Source: Lingula anatina (taxonomy: Eukaryota; Animalia; Brachiopoda). Taken from it: a stretch of 64,000 nucleotides of DNA. Positions 63,076 to 64,000 of this stretch are shown in pieces (positions within the stretch are counted from its first letter, which is position 1; every line of letters begins with the position of its first letter). The stretch is taken from assembly GCA_051362555.1 (NCBI GenBank), contig CM120643.1, positions 18,604,848-18,668,847 of the forward strand, given 5' to 3'. The position numbers were made by a program, and so were the translations under genes. The notes under the pieces were generated by a model. The model saw only the letters and a program-made list of their open reading frames with translations. It had not been told where the DNA came from and did no database searches.

Positions 63076-64000
63076 GTTTTAATCTGATGATGCGAAATTC
63101 CATGCAAATCTGAAAAAGAATAAACGAAGAAAGAAGTCATGGTGAATTTGGCAATTGTCAATAAAAGATGACGGGTTCGACTTTATGTATTAGGTTCTAA
63201 TAAATAGGAAACAAAATCTGAAAATGTGTTCATGTTACAAGTCTACTACACTGAGACTTTATCAATAACTAAATTTAAATCGCACATTCTTAAAACAATA
63301 TTTATATTAAATTTGTAGAAATTTTATTAAAATTATTATTGTGACCAAAAATACGTCTTACCTCCTATCAGCGTGCGGCAAACTGTGCGCCACCGTTTCG
63401 CAGTTTCGTAATATCGATTAATGGGCTAGTCTATAGCAATTCCCGCCAGGGGAACAGGTCCAGTTGTACAGCGATTAAAAAATTCCTTTTACTGAAAAAA
63501 TCAAATATATATATATTATGCCTTTGTGTTTGACAGTTAAATGTAAGGTGTGCTTATGATTAGGGTTTCGTTCTCTATATGTCTGTCGCAGAGGCAATAC
63601 ATTAAGAGTACTAACTTCTTTCCTTTCCTCCCTGATTCTGGTTAATTCTGGTAAGCTTAAAACCTTGACATTTCATTTGCATGCATCACAGAATATCTTT
63701 AATCGAGCTTATTGATCATTTAAATAATTAATTCTTTTGATCAAAGATATCGATCAACACGACAGTCGAAATAAACACGTTTTTGCTAAATGGCATTTAA
63801 AGTTGATACCATATCGATTTTTGATAACAATGGTGTTATTGATTCTATTCAAATAACAATGGTAGTGTTATTGATTTGAGAACTAATGACGCCCATTGAT
63901 AATTGCCAATACGTCGTTTATTGAATTTTCTTTCTGAAAGACGGCAAGTAACCTGTAATGCATATTGAATCTAGTAACATGTTAAATTTAAGGTAAAGGT

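Overview
AT-rich, intron-rich animal genomic DNA. A marine invertebrate such as a mollusc is inferred from the gene and repeat types, not proven. Three spliced genes were assembled by hand with consistent splice phases. (1) Minus strand, 220-21780: the first 16 coding exons of a K-Cl cotransporter (KCC, SLC12A4-7 family) that runs off the left edge. It has a U12-type intron and two alternative first coding exons, only one carrying an RFxV SPAK/OSR1 docking motif. (2) Plus strand, 22462-32569: an 18-exon RNF212/Zip3-family meiotic RING E3 ligase, head-to-head with KCC across a short promoter bearing ETS, ZNF143 and YY1 motifs. (3) Minus strand, 34461-63075: an apparently complete 42-exon adhesion GPCR of about 2,250 aa, with six tandem ADGRD1/GPR133-type pentraxin/LamG-like domains, a Thr/Pro stalk, GAIN/GPS and 7TM. 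Introns hold a tRNA-derived SINE, Harbinger-like and foldback MITEs, an internally deleted Tc1 element, a P-like footprint, and several Helentron-associated (HINE/DINE-like) elements carrying satellite-like arrays. All coordinates were read by eye and no searches were run.
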